Assembly (NCBI RefSeq): GCF_009914755.1
Contig: NC_060938.1
Direction: 5' to 3' (one strand)
Length of the DNA stretch: 64,000 nucleotides
DNA from: the human T2T-CHM13v2.0 reference genome, Homo sapiens
Position numbers and translations under genes: made by a program. Under the pieces are notes generated by a model. It had not been told where the DNA came from and ran no database searches. It saw nothing but the letters and a program-made list of their open reading frames with translations. Shown in pieces: positions 25,569 to 41,650 of this stretch. Numbering within the stretch: position 1 is the first letter of the stretch; each line of letters opens with the position of its first letter.

Positions 25569-27282
25569 GTGTCAGTCAGGTTCCAGTCAGAAGACAGACA
25601 TCACACCCATTATTTTATTTTATTTGTTTTTCTTTTCACTTTTATTTAAGGTTCAGTGGTACCTGTGGAGGTTCATTATATAGGTAAATTTGCATCGAGG
25701 GGGTTTGGGGTAAAGATTATTTTGTCACCCCAGTTCTAAGCAAAGTGCCAGATAGGTAGTTTTACTATCCTCACCCTCCTCCCAACCTCCATCCTCAAGT
25801 AGGCCTCGATGTCTGTTATTCACTTCTTTGTGCCCATGTATTCCAGGATTTAGCTCCCATTATAAGTGAAAACATGTGGTATTTATTTTTCTGTTCCTGC
25901 ATTAGTTTGCTGAGGATAATGGTCTCCAGCTCCATCCGTGTTTCTGCAAAGGACATGATCTCATTCTTTCTTATGGCTGCATCGTATTCCATGGTGTATA
26001 TGTACCACATTTTCTTTATTCAATCTATCATTGATGGGTGTTTAGGTTGATTCCACATCTTGGCTATCGTGAAAAGTGCTGTAATGAATATTTGCGTGGA
26101 TGTGTCTTTATAACAGAATGATTTACATTCCTTTGGGTGTGTACCCAATAATGGGATTGCTGGGTCGAATGGTAATTCTGTTTTTAGTTCTTTGAGGAAT
26201 TGCCATACTACCTTCCACAGGGCCTGAACTAATTTACACTCCCACCAGCAGTGTATAAGCATTCCCTTTTTCCTGCAACCTCACCAGCATGTGTTACTTT
26301 GTGACTTTTTAATAGTAGCCATTCTGACTGGTGTTCGATGGTATCTCATTGTGGTTTTGATTTGCATTTCTGTAATGATTAGTGATATTGAGCATTTTTA
26401 TATGCTTATTAATCACATGCATGTCTTCTTTTGAAAAGTGTCTGTTCATGTCCTTTGCCCACTTTTTAATGTAGTTGTTTCTTGCTTATAAATTTGTTAG
26501 TTGCTTACAGATTCTGATATTAGGTTTTTGTCAGATGCATAGTTTGTAATTATTTTCCCTCATTCTGTGGGTTGTCAGTTTACTTCGTTTATAGTTTATT
26601 TTGCTGTGTAAAAGCTTTTTAGTTTAATTAGATCCCATTTGCCAATTTTTGCTTTTGAAGATTTGATATAAATAATTTTTAGCCTAGGTATAAGGGAACT
26701 GTAAAGTTAAGAAGTGAATGCTAAGGCATCAAAGAAATTGTAATTGCAGGAAGCAGCTACTACCCCTAGGGTTGTGGGAGAAAGTAGATGAGATTAGAAT
26801 TATTAAAAGTTAGAAGTTTGGAGGAGGAGGGGCACCAGAGAAAGGGCACTAAGAATCTCTGAGGAGGGGTGTCCAGCCATCTGGTATTGATATTGCCAAT
26901 ATTCAGAGAAGAGACCCTGTGTAGGTGGAATCCAGACTTTGAGAAGGGGGCACTTGCCAGCTGTGCTGATATCTTTGAAGGTGTTCAATAAAGCTGCTGT
27001 GGGGCATTTTGGAGAAACAAAAAAATGATATACTTGTGCTATTAGAAAAACTTTTGCTGCCAGGGCGAGGAAACATTGCTAGTGTAACAACAATAGAAGC
27101 AGGAAATAAACTCAGAAATAGAAAATGATCAGGAAGGAGCTTGTCTCTTCCTTCTTTCTCCTCCAGCCTCCTACTCTCTGTCTACTCTTTTTCCTACTGT
27201 CTGTCCTACTCTCTGTCTCTTCAAGCCAAGTCCAGCAAGAAGTCAACTAGCAAAACAGAAATGCAGAAATTGCAAAACAGAA
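25569..27282 (-). mobile_element. Old LTR33/LTR78-family LTR, interrupted by an L1 and cut at its 5' end by an inversion
   Basis: 27130-27280 (aggaaggagc..ctcctccagcctc..gcaaaacagaaatg) matches the reverse complement of the LTR33-type 5' region; 25569 tgtgtcagtcaggttccagtcagaagacaga marks the other end. Confidence 0.6.
25612..26657 (-). mobile_element. L1PA11-14-like 3' fragment
   Basis: Poly(T) and 3'UTR; ORFs 25816..26262 are the ORF2 C-terminus ([29 protein letters not shown]). Confidence 0.92.
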
Positions 27283-27670
27283 ATTTGGCTCTGTTTCCCC
27301 ACCCAAATCTCAGGTTGAAATGTGATCCCAAGTGTTGGAGGTGGGGCCTGGTGGGAGGTGATTGGATCATGGGAGTGGTTTCTAATGGTTTGGCACCATC
27401 CCCCTAGTGCCACCTCATGATAGAGTTCTCACAAGATCTGGTTGTCTGAAGGTGATAGCACCTCTCCCTTTGCTCTCTCTCTCCTGCTCCACCATGGTAA
27501 GACATGCTTGCTTCACCTTTGCCTTTTGCTATGATTGTAAGTTTCCTGAGGCCTCCCAACTATGCCTCCTGTACAGCCTGTGGAACCTCAAGTCAATTAA
27601 ACCTTTCTTCTTCATAAATTACTTAGTCCCAGATAGTTCTTTATAGAAGTGTGACAATGGACTAATTCAG
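27283..27670 (+). mobile_element. MSTA LTR lacking its first ~8 nt
   Basis: tttggctctgtttccccacccaaatctc...gattgtaagtttcctgaggcctccc...tggactaattca. Confidence 0.88.
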
Positions 27671-28379
27671 GGATATAAAAATAAAACTCCTTACTTTTTA
27701 ATCCATATAATGACCAGATGGCTCTAAGGTTTAGTTTTATTATATTTAAGAAAGAAAACACATTTTTACAGAGCCAAAAGTGGGCATATAGCCAGAAGTT
27801 ACAGAATAGTTTGGGAATTTTCTATACTTATACTGTTTATATCTAAAATTGCAGGATACTCTGTCTTCTTGATAGATATACTTCTACTGGCAGAAAAAAA
27901 ATCATCTTGAAATGATATGACAGATGCTTGACAATTCAGTCACACACAGAGGTTCACACTCCAAAAGCAATCATAGAAACTTAAAGCGTGATTCATGCTC
28001 AAAGATTGTAAACTTCCCCCAATTTTGTGACTGTATTTCCAGTAAATAACTCTGCAGTTCTTCAGTATCCATGGTTCCATTGATTGTAGGAAAGTTTAGC
28101 AATGAAAATGAATGGAATCTCCAATGGGCATTGGCCCAATCTGCATGAACAATTTGAGTGTGAACGTACTCACTTCCTAGAACAAATCAGCAATGTTCTT
28201 GTAATTTTCCCTTCAATTTCAAGTTTATTGTGCTGAACTACTCTATTGTATCAGTAAAAAATAAAATTTTGTAAACAATTGGTGAGCCAACATGTTGGAG
28301 GTCTCAGAGATATCTATTTCTAAAAAGTGTCTGATCTGAGAAAGCAGTTCAATGAATCTCTCCATCAGGTTTCAGTGAG

Positions 28380-28456
28380 TGTGTCAGTTATTAAACTATT
28401 GCCTCTCAGCATCAAAGCCACATGGCCATATTCAACATTGGGATGCTAAGGCTGGG
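28380..28456 (+). mobile_element. Displaced 5' terminus of the LTR33/78-family LTR
   Basis: tgtgtcagttattaaactattgcctctcagc...gatgctaaggctggg matches the LTR33-type 5' end. Confidence 0.7.
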
Positions 28457-29070
28457 GACAGAGAGCCAAATCATATAATTCCACCCCTGGCTCCTTCCAA
28501 ATCTTATGTCCTTCTCATATTTCAAAACGCAATCATGCCTTCTCAACAGTCCCCCTATTCTTAACTCATTCCAGTATTAACTCAAAAGTCCAAATCCAAA
28601 GGCTCATCTGAGACAAGGCAAGTCTCTTCTTCCTATGAGCCTGTAAAATAAAAAACAAGTTAGTTACTTCCACAATGTAATGGGGGTACAGGCATTGGGT
28701 AAATGCTCCTCTTAAAAAAGGGAGAAATTGGCCAAAACAAAGGGGCTACAGGCCCCATGCAAGTCTGAAACCCAACAGGGCAGTCATTAAATCTTAAAGC
28801 TACAAAATAATCTCCTTTGACTCCAGGTCTCATATCTAGGCCACCCTGGTGCAAGGGGTGTACTCCCAAGGCCTTGGGCAGCTCTGCCTCTGTGGCTCTG
28901 CAGAGTACAGCTCCCGCAGCTGCTTTCAAGGCTGGTGTTGGGTTCCTGCAGCTTTTCCAGATGAATGGTACAAGCTGTCGGTGAATATACCACACTGGGG
29001 TCTGGAGGATGGTGGCCCTTTTCTCACAGCTCTACTGGGCAGTGCCCCAGTGGGGACTCTGTAGAGGGGC
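28454..29070 (-). mobile_element. MST/THE1-type MaLR internal sequence (3' part, PPT and first ~24 nt of the LTR)
   Basis: ggggacagagagccaaatcatataattccacccctgg...caaaacaaaggggctacaggccccatgcaagtc...cagtgccccagtggggactct. Confidence 0.88.
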
Positions 29071-29084
29071 TTATCAACCCTCTA

Positions 29085-29390
29085 AATCACAATGGAAATT
29101 ATTTCTCACAGTTCTGGAGTCTGAAAGTTCAAGATCAGGGTGCTATCATGTCTGGTTCTGGTGAGGGCCCTCTTCCAGGTTGAGACTTCTGACTTCTTCT
29201 TGTAACCTCACATAGCTGAAGGAGAGTAAGCTTTCTCTCTGCATTCTCTTTTATAAAGGCCCTAGCACCATTCATGAGGCCTTTACTCTCATGACCTAAC
29301 TACCTAAGAACTCCACCTCCAAACACATAGGGGATCCAGTTTTAACATATGAATTTTGATGGGGGGACACAAACATTAGTTTACAATAGT
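29085..29390 (-). mobile_element. MLT1A-like LTR (partial)
   Basis: atttctcacagttctggag...gtctggttctggtgagggccctctt...ggggacacaaacatt. Confidence 0.8.
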
Positions 29391-29527
29391 ACCAAAGATA
29401 ATTTTTGTTGAATTTTTAAAACTTTAATAACTAGCCATAGAACTTTTTTAATGAATAAACCAATTAAAAACTGTCTTTGGTAAACTGCTTTTACATTTTG
29501 ATAAAATAATTTACAAATTGTATATTT

Positions 29528-30492
<965 letters not shown>

Positions 30493-30537
30493 TTACAAAT
30501 TGTATATTTATTGTGTCTAAATAGACACAATGATTTA

Positions 30538-30796
30538 CGGGTCCACAGACCATCTCAAATTTCTAAGGCTAGACATGTTTCAGAATTCAGAAGCTTTCTG
30601 ATTTCAGGAAAATACTGTGGCAGATATATTCAAATACCATTTGAATATTCACATTAACTGAGATCAGTATAGTTTTGTGTCAGTGCACACTAAATTAGGA
30701 TTCATTACCATTATTACCAGATGAGTTACAATGAAACTTTTTAATTTGGGGAACATGTAAGGTTTAGGAATTATGAATAAAGGTTGCAGACTTGTA
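30538..30796. mobile_element. Tigger-like (TcMar) DNA transposon remnant
   Basis: Degenerate termini (ggtccaca.. / ..gcagacttgta) and internal atgtttcagaattcaga. Confidence 0.35.
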
Positions 30797-31049
30797 TGTT
30801 ATTGGCCATTGTCATAAATAAACTACCTACATATCAAGAAATTGCTATTTCCAAACATGTGACATTTTTTTACTACGAAGTCAAAGAAAATTTTATAAAT
30901 GTAATTTTTAATTAAAATCTATAGCATGTTTGTATGTGAAAGGAGAAGTTAGTTGAGAGTCAAATATATGAAAAAGGTAAAAGTAACAGATGTTTTAAGA
31001 ACATGAAAAATAAAAAGAGGAGGGAGTTTTATCTATTTTTTTCTTTCAA

Positions 31050-31400
31050 CCACAATTTGTTAAGTGACTTCTACATGCCAGAATTGTTCCAAATGTAGAC
31101 ATTACAAAGAGAAATAAAGCGTAATTCTTATCATCTAGAAGCTATCAATATAGCTTTAAAATGCATTAAAGTATAAAAAATAATCCTAAGATAAAAATTC
31201 ATAAAAGTACAGTAGGACAGAAAGAAGGAAGTAATTGCTTCTTTTGAAGAAAAGAGTCAAAACATTTCATTGACAAGATGATGCTTAAAAAATAAGCAGC
31301 TATTTTTCAGGTTGGGATTGGGGAAACTGAGGGGAAGGAAAAGATTACTTTTAGACAGAGGGACAATTTGAGCTCATGCACATGGTTGTGAGACTATGAG
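31050..31400 (-). mobile_element. L2 fragment
   Basis: atttgttaagtgacttctacatgccag... purine-rich L2 3' region. Confidence 0.55.
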
Positions 31401-31659
31401 TCACAGGAAATGTTTCAACAGCCTAGATGGAGTTATTTTAATCAGTATCTGTACAAAAAACCTTTTGAGTGCCTACTATGTGCCATATACTATGTGCTAT
31501 GGTGGCTATTAGGCATGTGTTTTCATGGAGCACTTAAAATGTGACAAGTATGACTAAACGAATTTTTATTTTTAAAATGCTTATTAATTCACTTAACAAT
31601 AACAGACCCATTATATTTTAGCAAATAACATGTTTTTATTAAGTAAATTGTTTTTCAAA

Positions 31660-32090
31660 CCACCCGGAGAAATCCCACTCCGGTATCATTGCTATCATTC
31701 TGGTGTACGATTTCCCAGTTGCTCAAGGTACTCCTGCTCCAGCTTAAACTTTCAACCTTTCCTGAAAAACTGGATTTAGGCTATTGGATCTGTCACACAC
31801 AAAGGTGACTGTAGTTTTGCCAGCTCCCCTGGGGATACACCTAGTATGTTGTGGTGTATAAAAGACCAGGACCAGGTCAGATTCCTTAGTTCAAGTTACA
31901 CTCCAAAACCTCCCAGGGGATCAGGATGAAGTTAGACTTCAATTGGAACCATTCTTACTTAACTTTTAAACCCTTTCCAACTTGCTTTCTCCACTCTCTT
32001 ACAGTTTTCTCTCAGGCATACTCCCTTAATAATTCTCTTGCTCCCAAATCCCCACCTCAAAGCTTACTGCTAGTAAATCCCACCAAAGAA
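31660..32090 (+). mobile_element. LTR16-like ERVL LTR
   Basis: 3' end cactcccttaataattctcttgc..aaatcccc acctcaaagc..aatcccaccaaaga typical of LTR16. Confidence 0.5.
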
Positions 32091-32099
32091 AATGTGTGA

Positions 32100-33000
32100 A
32101 ATTTGGTATGGCTACAGGCGATCCAAGAGGAGATGTGAGATTAATAGCTGGATCTTAATTTGCATGCCCAGAAATGAGACCTGAGCTTGAGATACAAATT
32201 AAGTCAGTCAAGTAACCATGAAAAGTTGGCATTTAAATCTAGGAGAATTTATGGCATCTTGTTGACAAATTGTCAAAAGACGAAGAGAAGATGGAACCCC
32301 AATAAAAAGTTGTGAGGTAAAGAAAAATGAGCTAACAAAGGAGAATGAAGAGTGACAAATGAAACAGGTAAAGAATCAGAAGATGACAGTAGAATAAGAA
32401 AGTTAAAGAGGGTATTTTCAAAGGGAAGGTATGGTCAATGTTACAAATGCAGATGGGTGGTCAGATAAGAGACAATCCAGACAACAGAGAACAGAGAAGG
32501 TACTATTGGAAGAGGAAATGTGCCGGTTATTGGTGGCATTTTTAAAGGTAGGTAAATATTGTTTGCAGGAAAAGGTTTTGGAGAAGTTGACCATTTAGGG
32601 AGGAGATAAATGGAGTATAGGAGATTGATTCCATAGAAAGAGATATCAAATGTGAAAAAAAATAGAGTATATAACAAAATGAGTAACAGTTTTTAAGAAA
32701 ATCAGGAGATTTGGGATCCAGAGCACAATACTGTACTGAAACAGAACCCAGCGGAATATCATGACTCAAGGAAAAGTATAGATTTGGTGCTGGGAAAATT
32801 GGGGAGACTCCTCTGTTGGCTATTTAATGATATATGAGAGGAAATTAGTAGCTGACAGCAGTGTACAGGAAGGCACAAGAGAGATTTGAGTAAGGATGAA
32901 ATTTCAAAGATTTGGAAGGTGATTCTACCCTCAAAGTTAACAAAATTGTCCAACAGTATGCAATGCCAATTTGAGATTTGAGTTAATATGCTTACCAAGT
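32100..33000 (-). mobile_element. L2 body fragment
   Basis: gagcttgagatacaaatt..., tttcaaagggaaggtatggtcaatgttacaaatgc, and other purine-rich L2 motifs. Confidence 0.55.
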
Positions 33001-33448
33001 AAAATCAGTTTGTCTGGTAATGTGTTGGTAAGATTAATCTATGATGGGTATTTTCTAAGAAAGTTCAAAAACAGGAAATGAGGAGTAGGAATAAAAATAG
33101 GAAAAGGGAAAAAAAGAAATAAAAATCAATGTAAATCAATTTATAATAGTATGGGGGAGAAAAATTCAGATATTTCATATTGTATGACTTTTATATTTTC
33201 CCAGTGAGGGAATAAGTGATCTAAAAATTGTTAAATGTATTCCATTATTAATATGAAAGAATACATTATTGCTAAATAAATTTTATAATTAATAACATGA
33301 AGCATACTGACAATATAATGTAAAATAAAAGGGGTAAAGTACAGCTGCTTATATAGTTAGAACTCCTTAATTTAGCCTATGTATAGACAAAGAACTAGAA
33401 GAAAACACACCAAAATGTTTACTGAATTATGGGATTTCATACTTTGCA

Positions 33449-34173
33449 TTTTTTTTATTATACTTTAAGTTTTAGGGTACATGTGCACATTGTGCAGGTT
33501 AGTTACATATGTATACATGTGCCATGCTGGTGCGCTGCACCCACTAACTCGTCATCTAGCATTAGGTATATCTCCCAATGCTATCCCTCCCTCCTCCCCC
33601 CACCCCACAACAGTCCCCAGAGTGTGATATTCCCCTTTCTGTGTCCATGTGATCTCATTGTTCAATTCCCACCTATGAGTGAGAATATGCGGCATTTGGT
33701 TTTTTGTTCTTGCGATAGTTCACTGAGAATGATGATTTCCAATTTCATCCATGTCCCTACAAAGGACATGAACTCAACTTTTTATGGCTGCATAGTACTC
33801 CATGGTGTATATGTGCCACATTTTCTTAATCCAGTCTATCATTGTTGGACATTTGGGTTGGTTCCAAGTCTTTGCTATTGTGAATAATGCCGCAATAAAC
33901 ATACATACGTGTGCATGTGTCTTTATAGCAGCATGATTTATAGTCCTTTGGGTATATACCCAGTAATGGGATGGCTGGGTCAAATGGTATTTCCAGTTCT
34001 AGATCCCTGAGGAATTGCCACACTGTCTTCCACAATGGTTGAACTAGTTTACAGTCCCACCAACAGTGTAAAAGTGTTCCTATTTCTCCACATCCTCTCC
34101 AGCACCTGTTGTTTCCTGACTTTTTAATGATTGCCATTCTAACTGGTGTGAGATGGTATCTCATTGTGGTTTT
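33449..34173 (-). mobile_element. Young L1 (L1PA2/3-like) 3' fragment, ~0.72 kb
   Basis: Short poly(T), 3'UTR with GAG (non-Ta) diagnostic, ORF2 C-terminus [25 protein letters not shown]. Confidence 0.96.
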
Positions 34174-34216
34174 AATGCACCAAGAGTTTCCAGAAACATA
34201 AATAAAAATACAAAGT

Positions 34217-34219
<3 letters not shown>
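34169..34219. repeat. Inverted copy of flank 38404-38454
   Basis: gttttaatgcaccaagagtttccagaaacataaataaaaatacaaagtatg matches the reverse complement of 38404-38454 at 48/51 positions. Confidence 0.95.
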
Positions 34220-38385
<4,166 letters not shown>

Positions 38386-38444
38386 AAAAATACAAAGTAA
38401 AGACATACTTTGTATTTTTATCTATGTTTCTGGAAACTCTTGCT

Positions 38445-39540
38445 GTATTAAAACTTACCCACAATTTAATAGTATAAAACAACAACCATTTGACTATGCT
38501 CATGAGTCTATGGGTCAGGAATTTCAGAATGGCACATCAGTGGTTGCGAATATCTGCTCCATAATATCAGGTACCTCATGTGAAGAGACTTGAACAATTA
38601 CAGGTGTCTGGGATGTGTTGTCTAGGTCTATATTTCTGGGTCCTTGCTGTGATTTGATTGCACATAATCCTCTAAAATTCATTTGTTAAAACTTAATACA
38701 GAATGTGAGAATATTAAGAGTTGGAGCCCTTTAGGTAGTAATTTAAGTCATGAGGGTTTTACTCTCATGATTTCATGAATAGATTAGTACTCTTATAAAA
38801 GAGTACTCTGATAAAAGAGGTTGAATGGATGCTCTAGGGCTGTTTCTTCTTTTCATTTTTTCCGTCCACCATGTGAAGACACCCAGTGTGTTGTGGTATG
38901 TAAAAGACCCTTCCACCACATGAAGATGCAGCAAGAGGCACCATCATGGCAGCAGAAAGCAAGCCCTCACCAGACACCAAATCTGCTGATAACTTGGTCT
39001 TGGACTTCCCAGCCTCCAGAACTGTGAGAAATAAATTTCTGTTATTTATAAATTACCCAGTCTAAGGTATTTTGTCATAGCAGCCTGAATGGACTACACA
39101 GGCCTTGTGATGCCTACTTTTCCAGATGGCATCTATTGGAAATGGAATATCTAAGATGGCTCTCGGGCTCACATGTCTAGCACCTAAGCTAGAATGGCTG
39201 GGGAAGCAAAGGGTTTGCTGCCATTGCTGTCTCCCAAAGTGGCCCATCCTCATGGATTGCTTAGGCTTCCTTACAGTATGGAAATCACAGAATAGCCAAG
39301 CTTGTTCTAAGGAAGCTAGCTTCTTCCAGAGTAATTGTTATAAGAAAAATACAATAGAAATTGCCAGTCTTCTTAAAGGGTAGGCTTGAAATTGGAATAA
39401 TATTACTTTTGGCATATTCTATTATTTAAAGCAGTCACAGGCCAATCCAGAATCAAGGGAATGAAATAATAGACTTTACTTGTCAATGGAGGATGATATG
39501 TGCATAGAAGCAGGGGAGAAAAGGATGGTTATTTTATAGA
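38445..39540 (-). mobile_element. Old MLT1 (H-like) LTR interrupted by an MST LTR
   Basis: aaaacaacaaccattt..gctcatgagtctatgggtcaggaattt; later catattctattatttaaagcagtcacaggcc. Confidence 0.6.
38645..39100 (+). mobile_element. MSTD-like MaLR LTR
   Basis: tgctgtgatttga...aaaattcatttgttaaaactta...ccctcaccagacaccaaatctgctg...cttccagcctccagaactgtgagaaataaa...ggactacaca. Confidence 0.85.
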
Positions 39541-39759
39541 CAAGCTAAGCATTAAAGCATTTTAAGCAGGTAAATGATGAGTCCAACTTTTATTTCATGA
39601 AGAGATATTTTATTACTCTGTAAAAGACAGGTCAGAGGAAAAGAAAAATGGAACTGATGAGAATATTTAGGAGAGTGTTACAGTAGTATAGATATGTGAT
39701 AATGATGGTCTGCAAAAATGCAGTGATAGTAGAGCTATAGAGAAGAGGATAAATTTGAT

Positions 39760-40875
39760 GAAGGCCCAGTTTTTCTCATGGCAAATAAGTCTCCATAGTT
39801 CTTATTTATAACATATGGGTTCATGGCTCTGCACTCCAAGTCATCCCTTTATTTGAAGAAATGGCCTATGTTTACAGATAAGTAACTGTCATAACTAGAT
39901 TTTTGCCTTCAGAAGCTTGGAGGTCTCAAGCACACTACTCATTTTAAAATGTTCTATCCCTTCGGTCCCACCTGATGGTATATTTACCATTATAATTTTC
40001 TGAAAATCACTGTGTATTTCCTATAAATATTATTAGGATTTTTTCCATTAGACAAAAGCCACATCCACAAATGTCTTTAAACCAGGCCAATCTCTACCTT
40101 GTGCCAAAAGTCAAGGTACTATAAGATAACATTGTTAAAATTCTTAGAAGACCTTTTTCTAGCCAAGAGAGCCTAGAAGGCATGCCCTTAAGATACTCAA
40201 AAGTTATTTTCTATCTAGTTGAGGGAGTTTAAGAAGCATAGCTTTAAGGATGACAGGACTTTTTATCCATCTGAGTCACTTTACAAGATACTGCCTTAGA
40301 TTTTTCTGAAGTCTTAACAAGTGATCTTACTGCTTCACATTTAAGATCTTCCTTCTGGGGCTATCCTTATTGGTAGAACCCTGAATTTGAGTTTTTTCTT
40401 GAGTCCATTTCTTTCTTTGAAAGGTTTTTAATGAGAAAGGCCAGGGATGAGACACAGTTTCATTTTCTAGCCCAGCAAGTCCTCACCTCTTTTATTTCCT
40501 CTAAATTCTGTTTTAAAAAACTGAACAGTTTCTTCTTTAGTTCACCTCTCTCTTCATATACTTTATCACAGGCAGATAGAATAAACAGGTTGGCTCTTTC
40601 AACATCCTGCCTGAAAATTTTCTTAGCTAGATCTATGTGGTCATTAGGTACTCATTCTCTTTTCCATGTTACTACAGGTAACTGTGTTGGAGACTTCTAC
40701 CACAGCATAACAAAGGCCATCTTTTTACCAGTCTCCAATAAAAATTATCTCACAGTTCTTCAAGCATTTATTAATATTCTCCTTAAGATCTTTTCATCTT
40801 TTCCCTGCTGCTAAATCTCAATTCCAAGGACATAATTTCAGGTTTTTGTTATGGCAGTACACCACTCCCAGTGTC
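39760..40875 (-). mobile_element. MLT1-type MaLR internal fragment
   Basis: agacaaaagccacatccac, ctttcaacatcctgcctgaaaattt, ggtttttgttatggcagtacaccactcccagtgtcaat (antisense PBS region). Confidence 0.55.
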
Positions 40876-41426
40876 AATGACTGTTAGTTACATTTAGAGT
40901 TCAATGTTAAAAAGCATAATATTATATGAGTAACATGGAATTGGGATTATTATAGGGATTAGACCTTACATAGCAGTTGGGAGTTCTGAGGAAATAATGG
41001 TCAGGAAAGCGATGGTTGGATGTTCACTAACCAAAGACCACAAAAGAAACTTGAAAAAAAAATTGTCTAAGGGAGATTGCTGCCTTGGCATCTGATGGTG
41101 GTCCAGAAGTCACTGTAGGTTAACAAAGACGAAAGATAGATACAGAACAGGGAAGAGCGAGGACAAACCGGAACATATGAAGAAAATTGGAACCCACAAC
41201 ACAAATGCTAACCATAATCTCTCTCTCAAAATATCTAACCCCAAAGTTACAAATGGCCTGCAGATAAAGCCGGTGCAGATTGCTATAAAATCACACACAC
41301 ACACACACACACCTGGCTCAGGACCCAGAGAAGCTGATGAGGGAGATCCAGCTGCTCCACACTGATGAGATGAATCAGCTTGCATGAACTGCGACAGCAC
41401 TTAGAGCCCTACACTCACTTGGAGCA

Positions 41427-41650
41427 CAGGGTTCAGTACATATTTTTTCTATAAAATGCAATATGATAAAAACACATTAGGCCTTGCAGACTGTATGGTT
41501 TTTCTTGTGGTCACTTAACTCTTACCACTGTAGCACAAAAATGGCAGAAGATAATACATAAACAATGTGGCTGTGTTTCGGTACAACTTTATTTACAAAA
41601 AAAAAGCAGTGTGCTGAATCTGGGCCATGGGCCACATTTTACCAACCATG
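41427..41650 (+). mobile_element. MER58A (hAT-Charlie MITE)
   Basis: cagggttcag...ttaggccttgcag...gtggctgtgtttc..aactttatttacaaaa...gggccatgggccacattttaccaaccatg. Confidence 0.8.

Noticed and set aside
28660-29183. Overlapping 68-111 aa ORFs
   Set aside because: They lie in MaLR internal/LTR sequence and show no sign of an intact gene.
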